The notes beneath the pieces were generated by a model that saw nothing but the letters and a program-made list of their open reading frames with translations, was not told the origin of the DNA and searched no databases. A stretch of 64,000 nucleotides of DNA from an uncultured Fibrobacterota bacterium. Lineage in GTDB: Bacteria; Fibrobacterota; Chitinivibrionia; Chitinivibrionales; FEN-1185. The DNA lies in the NCBI GenBank assembly GCA_963729895.1, contig CAVSQB010000036.1:31227-95226 (forward strand), in the 5' to 3' direction. Below are positions 19,955 through 29,638 of this stretch, piece by piece. The stretch's first letter is position 1. Every line of letters starts with the position of its first letter. Made by a program: the position numbers and the translations under genes.

Positions 19955-22510
19955 ATGAATTTATTGGAAATAACCCTTTTTGTTTCAATTGGATATTATC
20001 TCTCTCTCTCCCTTTACCATTTTGTCGTGTATTTAGGAAGAAAACACGATCAAAGCAACTTGTTCTTTTCCTTACTACTCATATCAATGTCCTTTTTGCT
20101 TTTCAGCAAAGGAATTTACCCTTCTTTACCAAATAAAAGTTTTAACCTCGAAGTTGCTTTTGATTTCATAGCTAACTTATTGTCCGGCTCTTTCCTCTTG
20201 CTTTTCACAAATAGTACCTTAGGTTCAAGGAAATTCATCCGACCTATTTATTGGTTTCTTATTTCAGGCACAAGCGCCACAATAGTATGCATAATGTGGT
20301 TTTTGCTCTCCGGAAACTATCTTCCTCCATCAATCCTCGTGGTCATTGTTTGTGCACCTTTTGCGACATTTCTTGCGGTGAGAATAATCGTTCATTTCTT
20401 TTCGCGGGAAACTAAGCTATATAGGGAAAAATGGAGATTGATAATATTTGCCGGTACAATTGTCTATGCCGTCGCATTTATGACAGCTGTTGTCCTTGTT
20501 GCTTTTGATTTGCCTGATCATCTTCAAGCTTTTATCGTCAACATAGGCGCATTATTTCTGTGTACAGGATCTGCACTTAGCTTGGCTTCCCAATTCAATA
20601 AGGAACATTTGGATTTAAAATTGCTCACGGATCAATTGGAAGAAAAGGTCAAGGCCAGAACAAAAGAGTTGGAGATTGCAAATTCGCAGAAAACGAATGC
20701 ATTTATTAATCTTGCTCACGAAATCAAAACGCCTCTTACCCTTATCAATAATACCGTCAAAACGCTGGCAAATAAAACAGGGGAGATTGACGAGATAGTT
20801 GAAATTAAGTACAATGTTGGACGCCTATTGAGAGATGCTGTCAATTTTCTTGACTCAGAAAAATTAGAACGTGGACAAATCTTCTATGATAATGATAAGC
20901 CCCTTAACTTGTCCGACATGCTTACACGAAAAATTCAGTCATTCCAGCGCCTTGCAGAAAAGAAACAAATAACTATCCATTACCATATTGACCCCCACCT
21001 TTTTTCTCAGATTGATCAGTATGCCTTTGACAGGATAGTCAATAATCTTCTCGACAACGCGATCAAATATAATCGCGCTTTTGGCTCAATAACCGTTTTG
21101 CTAAGCGTTCCAAACGAAGACCACAAAATTCATTTTGTGGTCGAAGATACCGGAATCGGAATTTCTGAAGAAGACCAAAAAGCGATATTTGACCCATATT
21201 ACCAAGCTTCACATGCAAAACGAAACGTCCAAGGAATTGGAATGGGCCTTTATATAGTTGCCCAAATCATCAAATCCGTTGGCGGTTCAATTTCCCTTTC
21301 TAGTCGCATCAATTCATGGTCAAGATTTGACATCATACTTAACCAATACACTCTCAAAGAAGGGGAGAAGCCCCTTTCCGCAGCATCAATATCAGAGCCA
21401 ATCAACGATCCACCGCAATACGACTGTTCAGACTTCTTCTCTGACGCCAACACGCACACCCTGTTATTGGTAGAAGACAACCAAGGCCTCCTACACTCAT
21501 TGCGAGAAACCTTCATTAAGGAATATGATGTAATCTGTGCCCTGAATGGGGAAGAGGCTCTCGAAAAACTCAAGAAGTACACAGACCGAAAACCAGATCT
21601 TGTAATATCCGACATCATGATGGACAAAATGGATGGAAACGAATTTTACGCTACTTTTCATCAAAAAGAAGAGTTCAAGCAAATACCAGTCATATTTTTG
21701 ACCGCAAAATCATTGGAGGCTGGCAATGTTGAAGCCTTGACAAACGGTGCAATTGATTATATTTATAAGCCGTTTTCGATGAATGTCTTGCAAGCAAAAG
21801 TTAAGTCATTAATTGATTTCACAAACACAAAAAACATGTTTTTTCTTAAGGACAAATTTCATTCCTTAGGCATATTGACTGCCAGCATCTCTCATGAAAT
21901 ACTAAACCCGCTTTCCTCCATAACGGGTCTTCTAGGCGTAATGGATCAAGAAGCAAAGTCTCAATCAAATCAGGAACTTTCCGAGAATATCAATATTATT
22001 AGAAATAGCGCTACCCGAATTACCGACATTGTCTTAATGATGCGGGCGCTTTTCCATGGGGAACGAATAAAACCAGAGGATATATTTCCGTACAAGCTAT
22101 TGCAACCTCTTGTCGTTCTGTATGCTGACAAACTAAGAACACGCATCAAGATAGTGTTGGACATTCCTGAAGAGTTGACTATACATACCAATCCTAATGC
22201 ATTAATCCAAATTATTACTAATTTATTGTCAAATGCTATAGATTCAATTCATGATCAAGGCACAATCACCATCTCCAGCGGCAAAAACGATACCCACAAC
22301 ATTCTACTTGTATCCGACACGGGATCTGGAATCGACCCAAAGCACCAAAAAAGTATTTATGATTTGGGATTCAGCAAAAAAGCGAATCTAAATGGAACGG
22401 GGTTTGGATTATATATTGTCAATCAGTTGTGTTCTAAATTGAACGTGTTGATCCACTGTGAATCTGCTCTTGGCAAAGGAACGACGTTTACACTTGAATT
22501 TCCTAGTTGA
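19955..22510 (+). CDS. Multi-TM hybrid sensor kinase (about 7 TM-HisKA-HATPase-REC-HisKA-HATPase)
   Basis: Hydrophobic N-terminal ~210 aa; AHEIKTPL, NLLDNAIKY and GIGMGL; REC motifs LLVEDN, ISDIMM, FLTAK, YKPF; second kinase ISHEILNPL, NLLSNAID and GTGFGL. Confidence 0.92.
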   Translation: MNLLEITLFVSIGYYLSLSLYHFVVYLGRKHDQSNLFFSLLLISMSFLLFSKGIYPSLPNKSFNLEVAFDFIANLLSGSFLLLFTNSTLGSRKFIRPIYWFLISGTSATIVCIMWFLLSGNYLPPSILVVIVCAPFATFLAVRIIVHFFSRETKLYREKWRLIIFAGTIVYAVAFMTAVVLVAFDLPDHLQAFIVNIGALFLCTGSALSLASQFNKEHLDLKLLTDQLEEKVKARTKELEIANSQKTNAFINLAHEIKTPLTLINNTVKTLANKTGEIDEIVEIKYNVGRLLRDAVNFLDSEKLERGQIFYDNDKPLNLSDMLTRKIQSFQRLAEKKQITIHYHIDPHLFSQIDQYAFDRIVNNLLDNAIKYNRAFGSITVLLSVPNEDHKIHFVVEDTGIGISEEDQKAIFDPYYQASHAKRNVQGIGMGLYIVAQIIKSVGGSISLSSRINSWSRFDIILNQYTLKEGEKPLSAASISEPINDPPQYDCSDFFSDANTHTLLLVEDNQGLLHSLRETFIKEYDVICALNGEEALEKLKKYTDRKPDLVISDIMMDKMDGNEFYATFHQKEEFKQIPVIFLTAKSLEAGNVEALTNGAIDYIYKPFSMNVLQAKVKSLIDFTNTKNMFFLKDKFHSLGILTASISHEILNPLSSITGLLGVMDQEAKSQSNQELSENINIIRNSATRITDIVLMMRALFHGERIKPEDIFPYKLLQPLVVLYADKLRTRIKIVLDIPEELTIHTNPNALIQIITNLLSNAIDSIHDQGTITISSGKNDTHNILLVSDTGSGIDPKHQKSIYDLGFSKKANLNGTGFGLYIVNQLCSKLNVLIHCESALGKGTTFTLEFPS

Positions 22511-22576
22511 CGGTGTTTTTCCTTAAAAAGCCTCTCAAGAACTTCTAGGCACCAGGAACAAAGACAGAGAGAATGA

Positions 22577-25144
22577 ATGCAGAATGATCCAGCCAAATTA
22601 GGAAGCGACAATTCAGACAAGCAAGAACAGCTCTCCGGCGCTGTTGAAAGAGTAACTTTCCATAGCGAGGATTCGGGTTTCTGCGTTCTGCGGGTCAAGG
22701 TAAAAGGCCACAAAGATTTTGTCGCGGTAACAGGAACCACCGCATCTGTTTCTCCCGGCGAATATATTGACTCACAGGGAATCTGGGTGAATGACCACAC
22801 CTATGGTCTTCAATTCAAATCTTCCCGGCTCACCGTCGTTCCTCCAAGTACACTGGAAGGAATAGAAAAGTACCTTGGTTCAGGAATGATCAAAGGTATC
22901 GGACCTCATTTTGCCGAAAAACTGGTAAAAGCATTCGGCGAAAAAGTCTTTGATGTCATTGAGGAGACTCCTGAGAAGATGCGGGAGTTACCCGGCATTG
23001 GTGAAAAGCGGAAGAATTGCGTGGTTAAAGCATGGGCTGAACAGAAAGTTATCCGGGAAATTATGGTCTTTCTTCAGTCCTATGGCGTAGGCACCTCACG
23101 AGCAGTCAGGATTTTCAAGACATATGGAAGTGAGTCGATATCAAAAGTCTCTGAGAACCCGTACCGCTTGGCGTTGGATATAGCCGGCATAGGCTTCAAG
23201 ACAGCGGATACCATAGCGCAGAGGCTTGGCATACCTCCAACATCGCTCATTCGGGCTCAGGCGGGCGTCAGGCATGCCCTCCAGGAGCTGTCCGCAGAGG
23301 GCCATTGCGCGTACCCCTTGGATGAGCTCGTTATCCTTACCAGCAAACTCCTTGAGATTCCCGATGTCCTTTCGACCAGTGGGTTGAACGCCGAAATAGA
23401 AAACGGGAACTTGATCCAGGAGGAAATCGAAGGGAAAGCGATCATTTACTTGGCCGGACTTCACAAATCCGAAACAGGCATAGCCACAAAACTGCTTCAG
23501 TTAGCTCAGGGCAAATGCCCTTGGGGGTCTATTGATGCAAACAAGGCCATCCCTTGGGTGGAAGAACAAAATCATATCCAGCTTTCCGGTTCACAGAAGA
23601 ACGCCGTAATACAGGCGCTGTCGAGCAAGGTCCTGGTAATTACAGGTGGTCCCGGAGTGGGGAAGACCACGCTCGTAAACAGCATTCTGAAGATATTGCG
23701 AGCGAAGAAACTCGAGGTCCTTCTTTGTGCGCCGACCGGACGAGCGGCCAAGAGACTGTCCGAATCAACAGGTCTTGAGGCCAAAACAATTCATCGGCTG
23801 TTGGAATTCGACGGAAAAATGGGAGGATTCAAGCGGACCAAAGAAAATCCGCTGTCTGCGGAATTGGTAGTTGTCGATGAAGCCTCAATGATCGACGTCG
23901 TGCTGATGCACCAACTTCTCCGCGCAATTCCGGATTCGAGCGGTCTTTTGCTTGTCGGCGATGTTGACCAGTTGCCGTCTGTCGGTCCGGGATCCTGCCT
24001 GTCGGACATAATTGATTCGGAAACAGTTCCGACGGTGCGGCTGACGGAGATTTTCCGGCAGGCGGCAACATCCAAGATCATAGTAAATGCTCACCGAATC
24101 AATGAAGGCCTGATGCCCTTGCATAATGAAAACGAAGACGTGCTTTCGGACTTCTACTTTATTCCGAGCGAAACAGCGGAAGAAATAGCGGAAAACCTGA
24201 TGGAAGTCGTGTGCGAGCGCATCCCCAAGCGGTTTGGGCTTGATCCCGTTCGTGATGTCCAGGTTCTCACTCCCATGAATCGGGGAGGGCTGGGCGCCAG
24301 AGCCTTAAATGTTGAGCTGCAAAAGCGTCTGAACAAAAGTACAGGCGATAAGATTGAAAAATTCGGTTCAACCTATGGTGTCGGAGATAAAGTCATTCAG
24401 ACCGTCAACAACTATGACAAAGAAGTTTTCAACGGGGACATCGGAACAATTTCAACAATCGATCTGGAAGATGGAATGTTGACCATTGATTTTGATGGCA
24501 GGGGAGTGGAATATGAGATTAATGAGCTTGACGAAGTCTTCCTTGCGTATGCCACCTCTATTCACAAATCGCAAGGATCGGAATACCCTGCGGTCGTGAT
24601 TCCACTTGCGACGCAGCACTACATGATGCTTGAGCGTAATTTGATTTACACCGGCATAACTCGCGGGAAAAAGCTGGTGGTAATCGTTGGGCAGCCAAAG
24701 GCGTTGGCAATTGCCGTAAAGAATAAACAGTCCACGGCTCGGATATCCTTCTTGAATTACAGGCTGAAAACTCTGTCCTCAGAAGGGAAGTCAAAACAAG
24801 TGAGTGCTTTAGCAATCCCCTACAATCAAGGACACCTGGATACAAATATGAAAATTGACCCCTTGAAAAGATTCAAGCTAACAACGATGGATTTTCTTAA
24901 TTATGATGGCGATTATATGCAGAACGCGCTTGAATTCTTTTACACCATGTTAGATAAATCAGATCTTAGATCCATTGTCTCTCTTTTAAATCGAACACCT
25001 TATGAACAAAAAAATCTGGTTTATGGCAATTTCAGAAAAACATTTTGTATATCTGATGATGACATTCACGCGAAATATGAAGAAATTATGAAGGGTAAAA
25101 TAGAGGATGCGCTTATTGACGAATGGATATCAAAGAATCTTTAA
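22577..25144 (+). CDS. recD2: RecD2-like SF1B helicase with C-terminal extension
   Basis: YLGSGMIKGIG, ENPYRL, TGGPGVGKTT, APTGRAAKR, VDEASM, GDVDQLPSVGPG and YATSIHKSQGSEY motifs. Confidence 0.93.
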   Translation: MQNDPAKLGSDNSDKQEQLSGAVERVTFHSEDSGFCVLRVKVKGHKDFVAVTGTTASVSPGEYIDSQGIWVNDHTYGLQFKSSRLTVVPPSTLEGIEKYLGSGMIKGIGPHFAEKLVKAFGEKVFDVIEETPEKMRELPGIGEKRKNCVVKAWAEQKVIREIMVFLQSYGVGTSRAVRIFKTYGSESISKVSENPYRLALDIAGIGFKTADTIAQRLGIPPTSLIRAQAGVRHALQELSAEGHCAYPLDELVILTSKLLEIPDVLSTSGLNAEIENGNLIQEEIEGKAIIYLAGLHKSETGIATKLLQLAQGKCPWGSIDANKAIPWVEEQNHIQLSGSQKNAVIQALSSKVLVITGGPGVGKTTLVNSILKILRAKKLEVLLCAPTGRAAKRLSESTGLEAKTIHRLLEFDGKMGGFKRTKENPLSAELVVVDEASMIDVVLMHQLLRAIPDSSGLLLVGDVDQLPSVGPGSCLSDIIDSETVPTVRLTEIFRQAATSKIIVNAHRINEGLMPLHNENEDVLSDFYFIPSETAEEIAENLMEVVCERIPKRFGLDPVRDVQVLTPMNRGGLGARALNVELQKRLNKSTGDKIEKFGSTYGVGDKVIQTVNNYDKEVFNGDIGTISTIDLEDGMLTIDFDGRGVEYEINELDEVFLAYATSIHKSQGSEYPAVVIPLATQHYMMLERNLIYTGITRGKKLVVIVGQPKALAIAVKNKQSTARISFLNYRLKTLSSEGKSKQVSALAIPYNQGHLDTNMKIDPLKRFKLTTMDFLNYDGDYMQNALEFFYTMLDKSDLRSIVSLLNRTPYEQKNLVYGNFRKTFCISDDDIHAKYEEIMKGKIEDALIDEWISKNL

Positions 25145-25333
25145 TAGACTGCCAAAAGGCTGAAGCAAAGGTGTTCATTGATAATGCGAATGCAATGTCG
25201 ACAACGAGACAGTTCACTGCGGAATAGAATTCTGTGTTCGCCTCGATGCTGAGGAAGAAATGAAAAACGCGTCCACGACCTGAAGAAAAACAAATGAAGC
25301 ACAAGCCCGAGTCCTTCGCGCCGCGCTCCCAGA

Positions 25334-25806
25334 TCAAGAACGTGAGCGTGGAATTCTACGGGTCATGTAGGCATTGATCCGATCAGCATGGTCATCAGCA
25401 TAGAGGGTCTGCAAAACCTGAAATGCAATATCATCATCAGTTGTTGTAACCGTATTTTGGAAATGTATCTCGCCGGCTGATTGCTCGATTTGAATTGCAA
25501 TGGTGAAACAATCCAGGCGAGTCGGGATCTGGTTAACACGGGATAACAGGATTTCCTCGATCCTGGAATTGATCTCGTAAAGGGTTTCTACACAGATTCA
25601 AGAAGCCGATCATCCAAGGCTGGAGAATCTACGATGTACTCCTGATGGGTTCGCAATAGGCTTGCGTGCCGATCCTCTTCGTTGGCGAGCTGCATCCAAA
25701 ACTCAAAATCAGTAAGATGTATGGAACCAAAGAAACGGTAGAGTTTACCTACATTTTCTTCAATATCGATAAGTTTACGAATGACCCGAGATGCCTCATT
25801 GACCAT
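25334..25806 (-). pseudogene. Frameshifted rubrerythrin/ferritin-like protein
   Basis: First half IEENVGKLY...FWMQLANEEDRHA stops at 25588; the second half (VETLYEIN...IQIEQSAGEIHFQ...DDHADRI) continues in another frame after TCTGTGTAG. Confidence 0.7.
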
Positions 25807-25965
25807 GGTTGTCTCTCCAACAGATTCCAATTGACTTATCCGCCTCAAAATGACAGATGAATCCGCCAGAATTTTCCAATTCTGCAATATCTGATGCCTC
25901 TTTTTTCGACTGCTTTAAAAAAACTCTTACCTTTTCAGGGATTGGGCAAAAACCGTCAACGTGGT

Positions 25966-27987
25966 TTACTCTAAGCGGAAATAGAATGTCGCTCCTTTGT
26001 CCTTTTCCGCCTCCGCCCAGATCGCCCCATGATGCTTTTCGATAATTCTCTTTGCAATAGCAAGGCCGATCCCCGTTCCTTTGAAATCCTTTTGAGAGTG
26101 CAATCGAATGAATGGATTGAATATTTTCTCAACATCTATCATGTCAAAACCCACCCCATTGTCTTTTATGAAATAAATTGTTTGGCTGTTGTCTCTTTGC
26201 AAACCGAATTCAATATGAGCTTGATTCGTTTTGGAAGTGTATTTCCATGCGTTGCGGACAAGGTTTTCTATGAGTATCTTGACAAGCCCGGCGTCCGCAT
26301 TAACGATACAATCAGGCGTGATGACAAAATCAATTTCACGATGAGGATTTGTTGATGACTTTAATTCCGTGCAAAAAGATTGCACCAGATCGCTGAGATT
26401 GACTGTTTCCCGATGAACCTCCTGCCGGGCAATGCCGGAAAGGGAGAGCAGGTCGGTAATGACGTGCGACATCCGCTGGGTGGTATTCTCAATATGTCCG
26501 ATCGCCTCTTTCGAATCCTTTCCCATGGTTTCAAGATCCTTTTTCAGGACCGCCACGCAGGTGACAATGGAATTAAGTGGATTGCGCAGGTCGTGAGAAA
26601 CGGAATAGCTGAATGCCTCCAGCTCCTTGTTCGCAAGAACCAAACCATTAGAATGAATTCGAAGCAAATTCTCCGCTTTTATCCGATCCGTGATATCGTT
26701 GAATACGGCTGCAAATCGTCCGGGAGCGGAGCGCCAGGCATGCACTTCAATATGCTTTCCAAGATCAGCTATTGGGTTGTCGATCCGCTCGGGACAGCCG
26801 CATGCCACAATGCGTCCGTAGGTCTCGATCCAGAACGGCTCTAATCCCGGAAAGATCTCCTTGGCCGTTCGGCCAACCACTCGTTCCAGGGGCAGGCCGG
26901 TGATCCGGCCAAACGACGGGTTCACTTCAATATGGCGGAAGTCAACCGGCTTGCCCGCCTGGTCATAGATCATCTCACAGAGGGCAAACCCTTCGTCCAT
27001 GGAAGTGAACAGGTTTCGAAAACGCTCCTCGCTTTGGCGCAACCGATCCTCAATCCGTTTGCGCTCAGTGATGTCTCTAATGTTGCACTGGATTACGTTA
27101 TGATGATCCTCTTGATAAACGTTACTTACGAATTCAACATCAATTTTTCGTCCATCGGTTGTTTCCAAGGGGAGGTTTTCATAACGAACGTACTTTTTTT
27201 CTTGCAACTCCAAAAAATTCGTTTGATTTGCGATAATGTCCTTGAAGAATCCTATATCCCAGATTGCCTTGCTGATAAACTGATCGCGCGAGTACCCCAG
27301 CAACTTTACCAAGAATGGGTTCACATCTTCGATTTTTCCCGTCTCTGAATCAAGTATGAGAATTCCATCCTTTGCCGATTCAAAGAGTCTTCTGTATTTG
27401 AGTTCCGAAGCACTCAATACCTCTTCCACCTTTTTGTGTTCAGTGATGTAGGTTTCGAGTTCCGCTTCCATCTTGTTTCGTTCGGTGACATCAATAAGGG
27501 CAACCATGCAGCGGTCAAGGACGCCGGAATCGCCCCGGACGGCAATGCTCTCCGCAAAAACGTTAAACGTCGTGTTTTCGTCTGAATGCAACGTCAACTC
27601 GCAACGCAGCTTCTCTTCGCTATTAAAAATGGTGCGGCTGAATATGAACCATTTATCCTGACTTTCGCGAGACACGAAGCGAGAGAATTTGAGCTTGCCG
27701 GCATTAATCGCTGAACGTTCTAAGCCGAGCATCTTCATGGCAGCGTTGTTTGCGCCAACAATGCAGGTGCCCGTGTCTATGGTGAGATATCCAACTGGAG
27801 CAAAGTCGTACAGCTCCGCAAATTGGTCGCGTGATGCGGACAACTCCATGTGAGCAGCACGAAGCTCTTCATTTTGCATCTCCAGCTCGACCTGGTGGAC
27901 CTGCAGTTCGTGAACGAGTTTCTGGAGGTCTACGGTCTTTAGATCGGGGTTCGCCGGGGGATTCTTGGCCAAGGTCTCATTGGCCAT
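25966..27987 (-). CDS. Cytoplasmic multi-PAS histidine kinase
   Basis: LVHELQVHQVELEMQNEELR coiled coil; three PAS/PAC units ending DVTER, DITER and DITDR; FSYSVSHDLRNPL, NAWKYT and GTGIGL. The true start may be 28054 (see findings). Confidence 0.92.
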   Translation of the reverse strand: MANETLAKNPPANPDLKTVDLQKLVHELQVHQVELEMQNEELRAAHMELSASRDQFAELYDFAPVGYLTIDTGTCIVGANNAAMKMLGLERSAINAGKLKFSRFVSRESQDKWFIFSRTIFNSEEKLRCELTLHSDENTTFNVFAESIAVRGDSGVLDRCMVALIDVTERNKMEAELETYITEHKKVEEVLSASELKYRRLFESAKDGILILDSETGKIEDVNPFLVKLLGYSRDQFISKAIWDIGFFKDIIANQTNFLELQEKKYVRYENLPLETTDGRKIDVEFVSNVYQEDHHNVIQCNIRDITERKRIEDRLRQSEERFRNLFTSMDEGFALCEMIYDQAGKPVDFRHIEVNPSFGRITGLPLERVVGRTAKEIFPGLEPFWIETYGRIVACGCPERIDNPIADLGKHIEVHAWRSAPGRFAAVFNDITDRIKAENLLRIHSNGLVLANKELEAFSYSVSHDLRNPLNSIVTCVAVLKKDLETMGKDSKEAIGHIENTTQRMSHVITDLLSLSGIARQEVHRETVNLSDLVQSFCTELKSSTNPHREIDFVITPDCIVNADAGLVKILIENLVRNAWKYTSKTNQAHIEFGLQRDNSQTIYFIKDNGVGFDMIDVEKIFNPFIRLHSQKDFKGTGIGLAIAKRIIEKHHGAIWAEAEKDKGATFYFRLE

Positions 27988-28027
27988 CTTGCGGAGCAGA
28001 GAATCAGATATATTGACATCTGCGAGC

Positions 28028-28044
28028 GGGGGGGGGGGGGGGGG
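28028..28044. repeat. G17 homopolymer tract
   Basis: Directly visible in the sequence. Confidence 0.95.
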
Positions 28045-28250
28045 ATTTTTTCATCTTAACCAGCATTTGCAAAGGTAAACGTATCATGCAAGAATCTGGG
28101 AGGCAAAAGGAATATGGTTCCTGGCCTACTCCTTTTCAAGGAAATAGTAAGGTCACGGATTTGGGGCCTGTTGCTTTTACCCTTTCCGGGAATAAGCAAA
28201 AAGGGCTATAATACAATTCGTCGGTTGTGATTGGTAAAGTCCGATAAGCT

Positions 28251-28784
28251 TTACTTCTCAAGAGCCTTAATGACGGATTTGTATTTATCATGAATCATTT
28301 TTCTGTCAAATTCCCAGAATTCGCCAAGCATAGCTTGCTGCTCTGATTCTGAGAAATACCTCATAGATGAAGGGAAAAACACCTTGTCTTCCTTTTCAAT
28401 GTGTTTTGGGTAAAAATTAACGAACTTTTTCAGGTTTTGAACAATGAAAGATGCCGCTACTTTATCTCCGTTACGGTATGCCTCTGCCGATTTGACAAGT
28501 TCGGCGGTCGTTGCGCGGCCGAAGGCATGATCTTGAATCAATTCATTCATAAGATTGTTGTCAGCATCAGAAAGCTTCTTTTTTGCCAAGTCCCTGAACA
28601 GAATTTGTTCTTCCTTTCCGTGGTGCGTCCGATCTGCATATGTGCGAATGAAATCCACTGCCGTTTCAATGAATGATTGATCTACAGTATTGTCCTTCTC
28701 AATTCTCCTAACCTCTGCATCAATCAATGAAATCATGCGCAAGATAAGACGATGCTCGATCATTAAAGGACCCCTTGGTTGCAT
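28251..28784 (-). CDS. Hemerythrin HHE cation-binding protein
   Basis: LMIEHRLI, YADRTHHGKEEQILF and HIEKEDKVFFP motifs; AAGGAGG Shine-Dalgarno. Confidence 0.9.
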   Translation of the reverse strand: MQPRGPLMIEHRLILRMISLIDAEVRRIEKDNTVDQSFIETAVDFIRTYADRTHHGKEEQILFRDLAKKKLSDADNNLMNELIQDHAFGRATTAELVKSAEAYRNGDKVAASFIVQNLKKFVNFYPKHIEKEDKVFFPSSMRYFSESEQQAMLGEFWEFDRKMIHDKYKSVIKALEK

Positions 28785-28799
28785 AAGATAATCCTCCTT

Positions 28800-29138
28800 T
28801 TAACATCCAAATCTGGCAATCAGTTCATGAACGATTTTGATATCATCGGCGGAGATTTTCTCAAAGGAAAAGCCCGTGCCGAAGAAGTCCGAATACAAAT
28901 TACTTTTTGACCAAACGCTTTTGGCATTAAGGGTAATTTCCCTGCTTGTCTCCATGACTGCTGGCAAGGTCATGCCAAGCTGGAAGGATTGTCCCGGAGC
29001 AATAAAGTCCTTACTCATAAGTTTCATGCCGCTTATGGATATATCGAACACATGGCCGGCCTGCTGATCGGTTTTCCGATCAAAGACCAGGAGATAGTTG
29101 ACAAGATAGATTCGTTTTGCTGACCGGTATTCAGACAT
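28800..29138 (-). CDS. PilZ domain protein
   Basis: RSAKR (RxxxR) and DISISG (DxSxxG) c-di-GMP-binding motifs. Confidence 0.88.
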   Translation of the reverse strand: MSEYRSAKRIYLVNYLLVFDRKTDQQAGHVFDISISGMKLMSKDFIAPGQSFQLGMTLPAVMETSREITLNAKSVWSKSNLYSDFFGTGFSFEKISADDIKIVHELIARFGC

Positions 29139-29260
29139 AATAATGAGGTATATAATACGTTCCGGAATTTAGAACCGTGTGATTAACTCGTAAGAAATGT
29201 GTTTGACGAAAAATACCGAAAGTGCTCAAACAAGGGCAAAAAGAGGGTTATTTCCGGCCA

Positions 29261-29288
29261 GGGTTACATAATGCCTATTATGCGACAT
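29261..29288 (-). other. dif-like XerC/XerD recombination site
   Basis: Minus strand reads ATGTCGCATAA-TAGGCA-TTATGTAACCC, an 11-6-11 layout with inner CGCATAA and TTATGT as in dif. Confidence 0.55.
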
Positions 29289-29638
29289 AAGACATTGAGA
29301 CTAAAAGAGATACAGAAACATCAATAATATATCATTTTGGGCGGTTTTATGCAAATAGATTATTATTTGCTCAATCAAAGACAATCTCTTTTATTAGTCA
29401 ATTAAAATTGGCAAAAAAATAATTCATATGGAATAATTGAAATTAAGTTTACCGGTCCGCTCCAAAATGACCGATAAATCCGCTAGAAATTGACCGGACG
29501 AGTGATTTTCCAGTCCGTGTTCCCCGATTTTTCCACAAAAATCTTTACAAGCTACCATCCGACGTGATATACTAATGGTTCTCCTATTAGGCTCTTTTAT
29601 TACGGCATCAAAGCCCGATCCCGTATCGTGGCTTCTCT

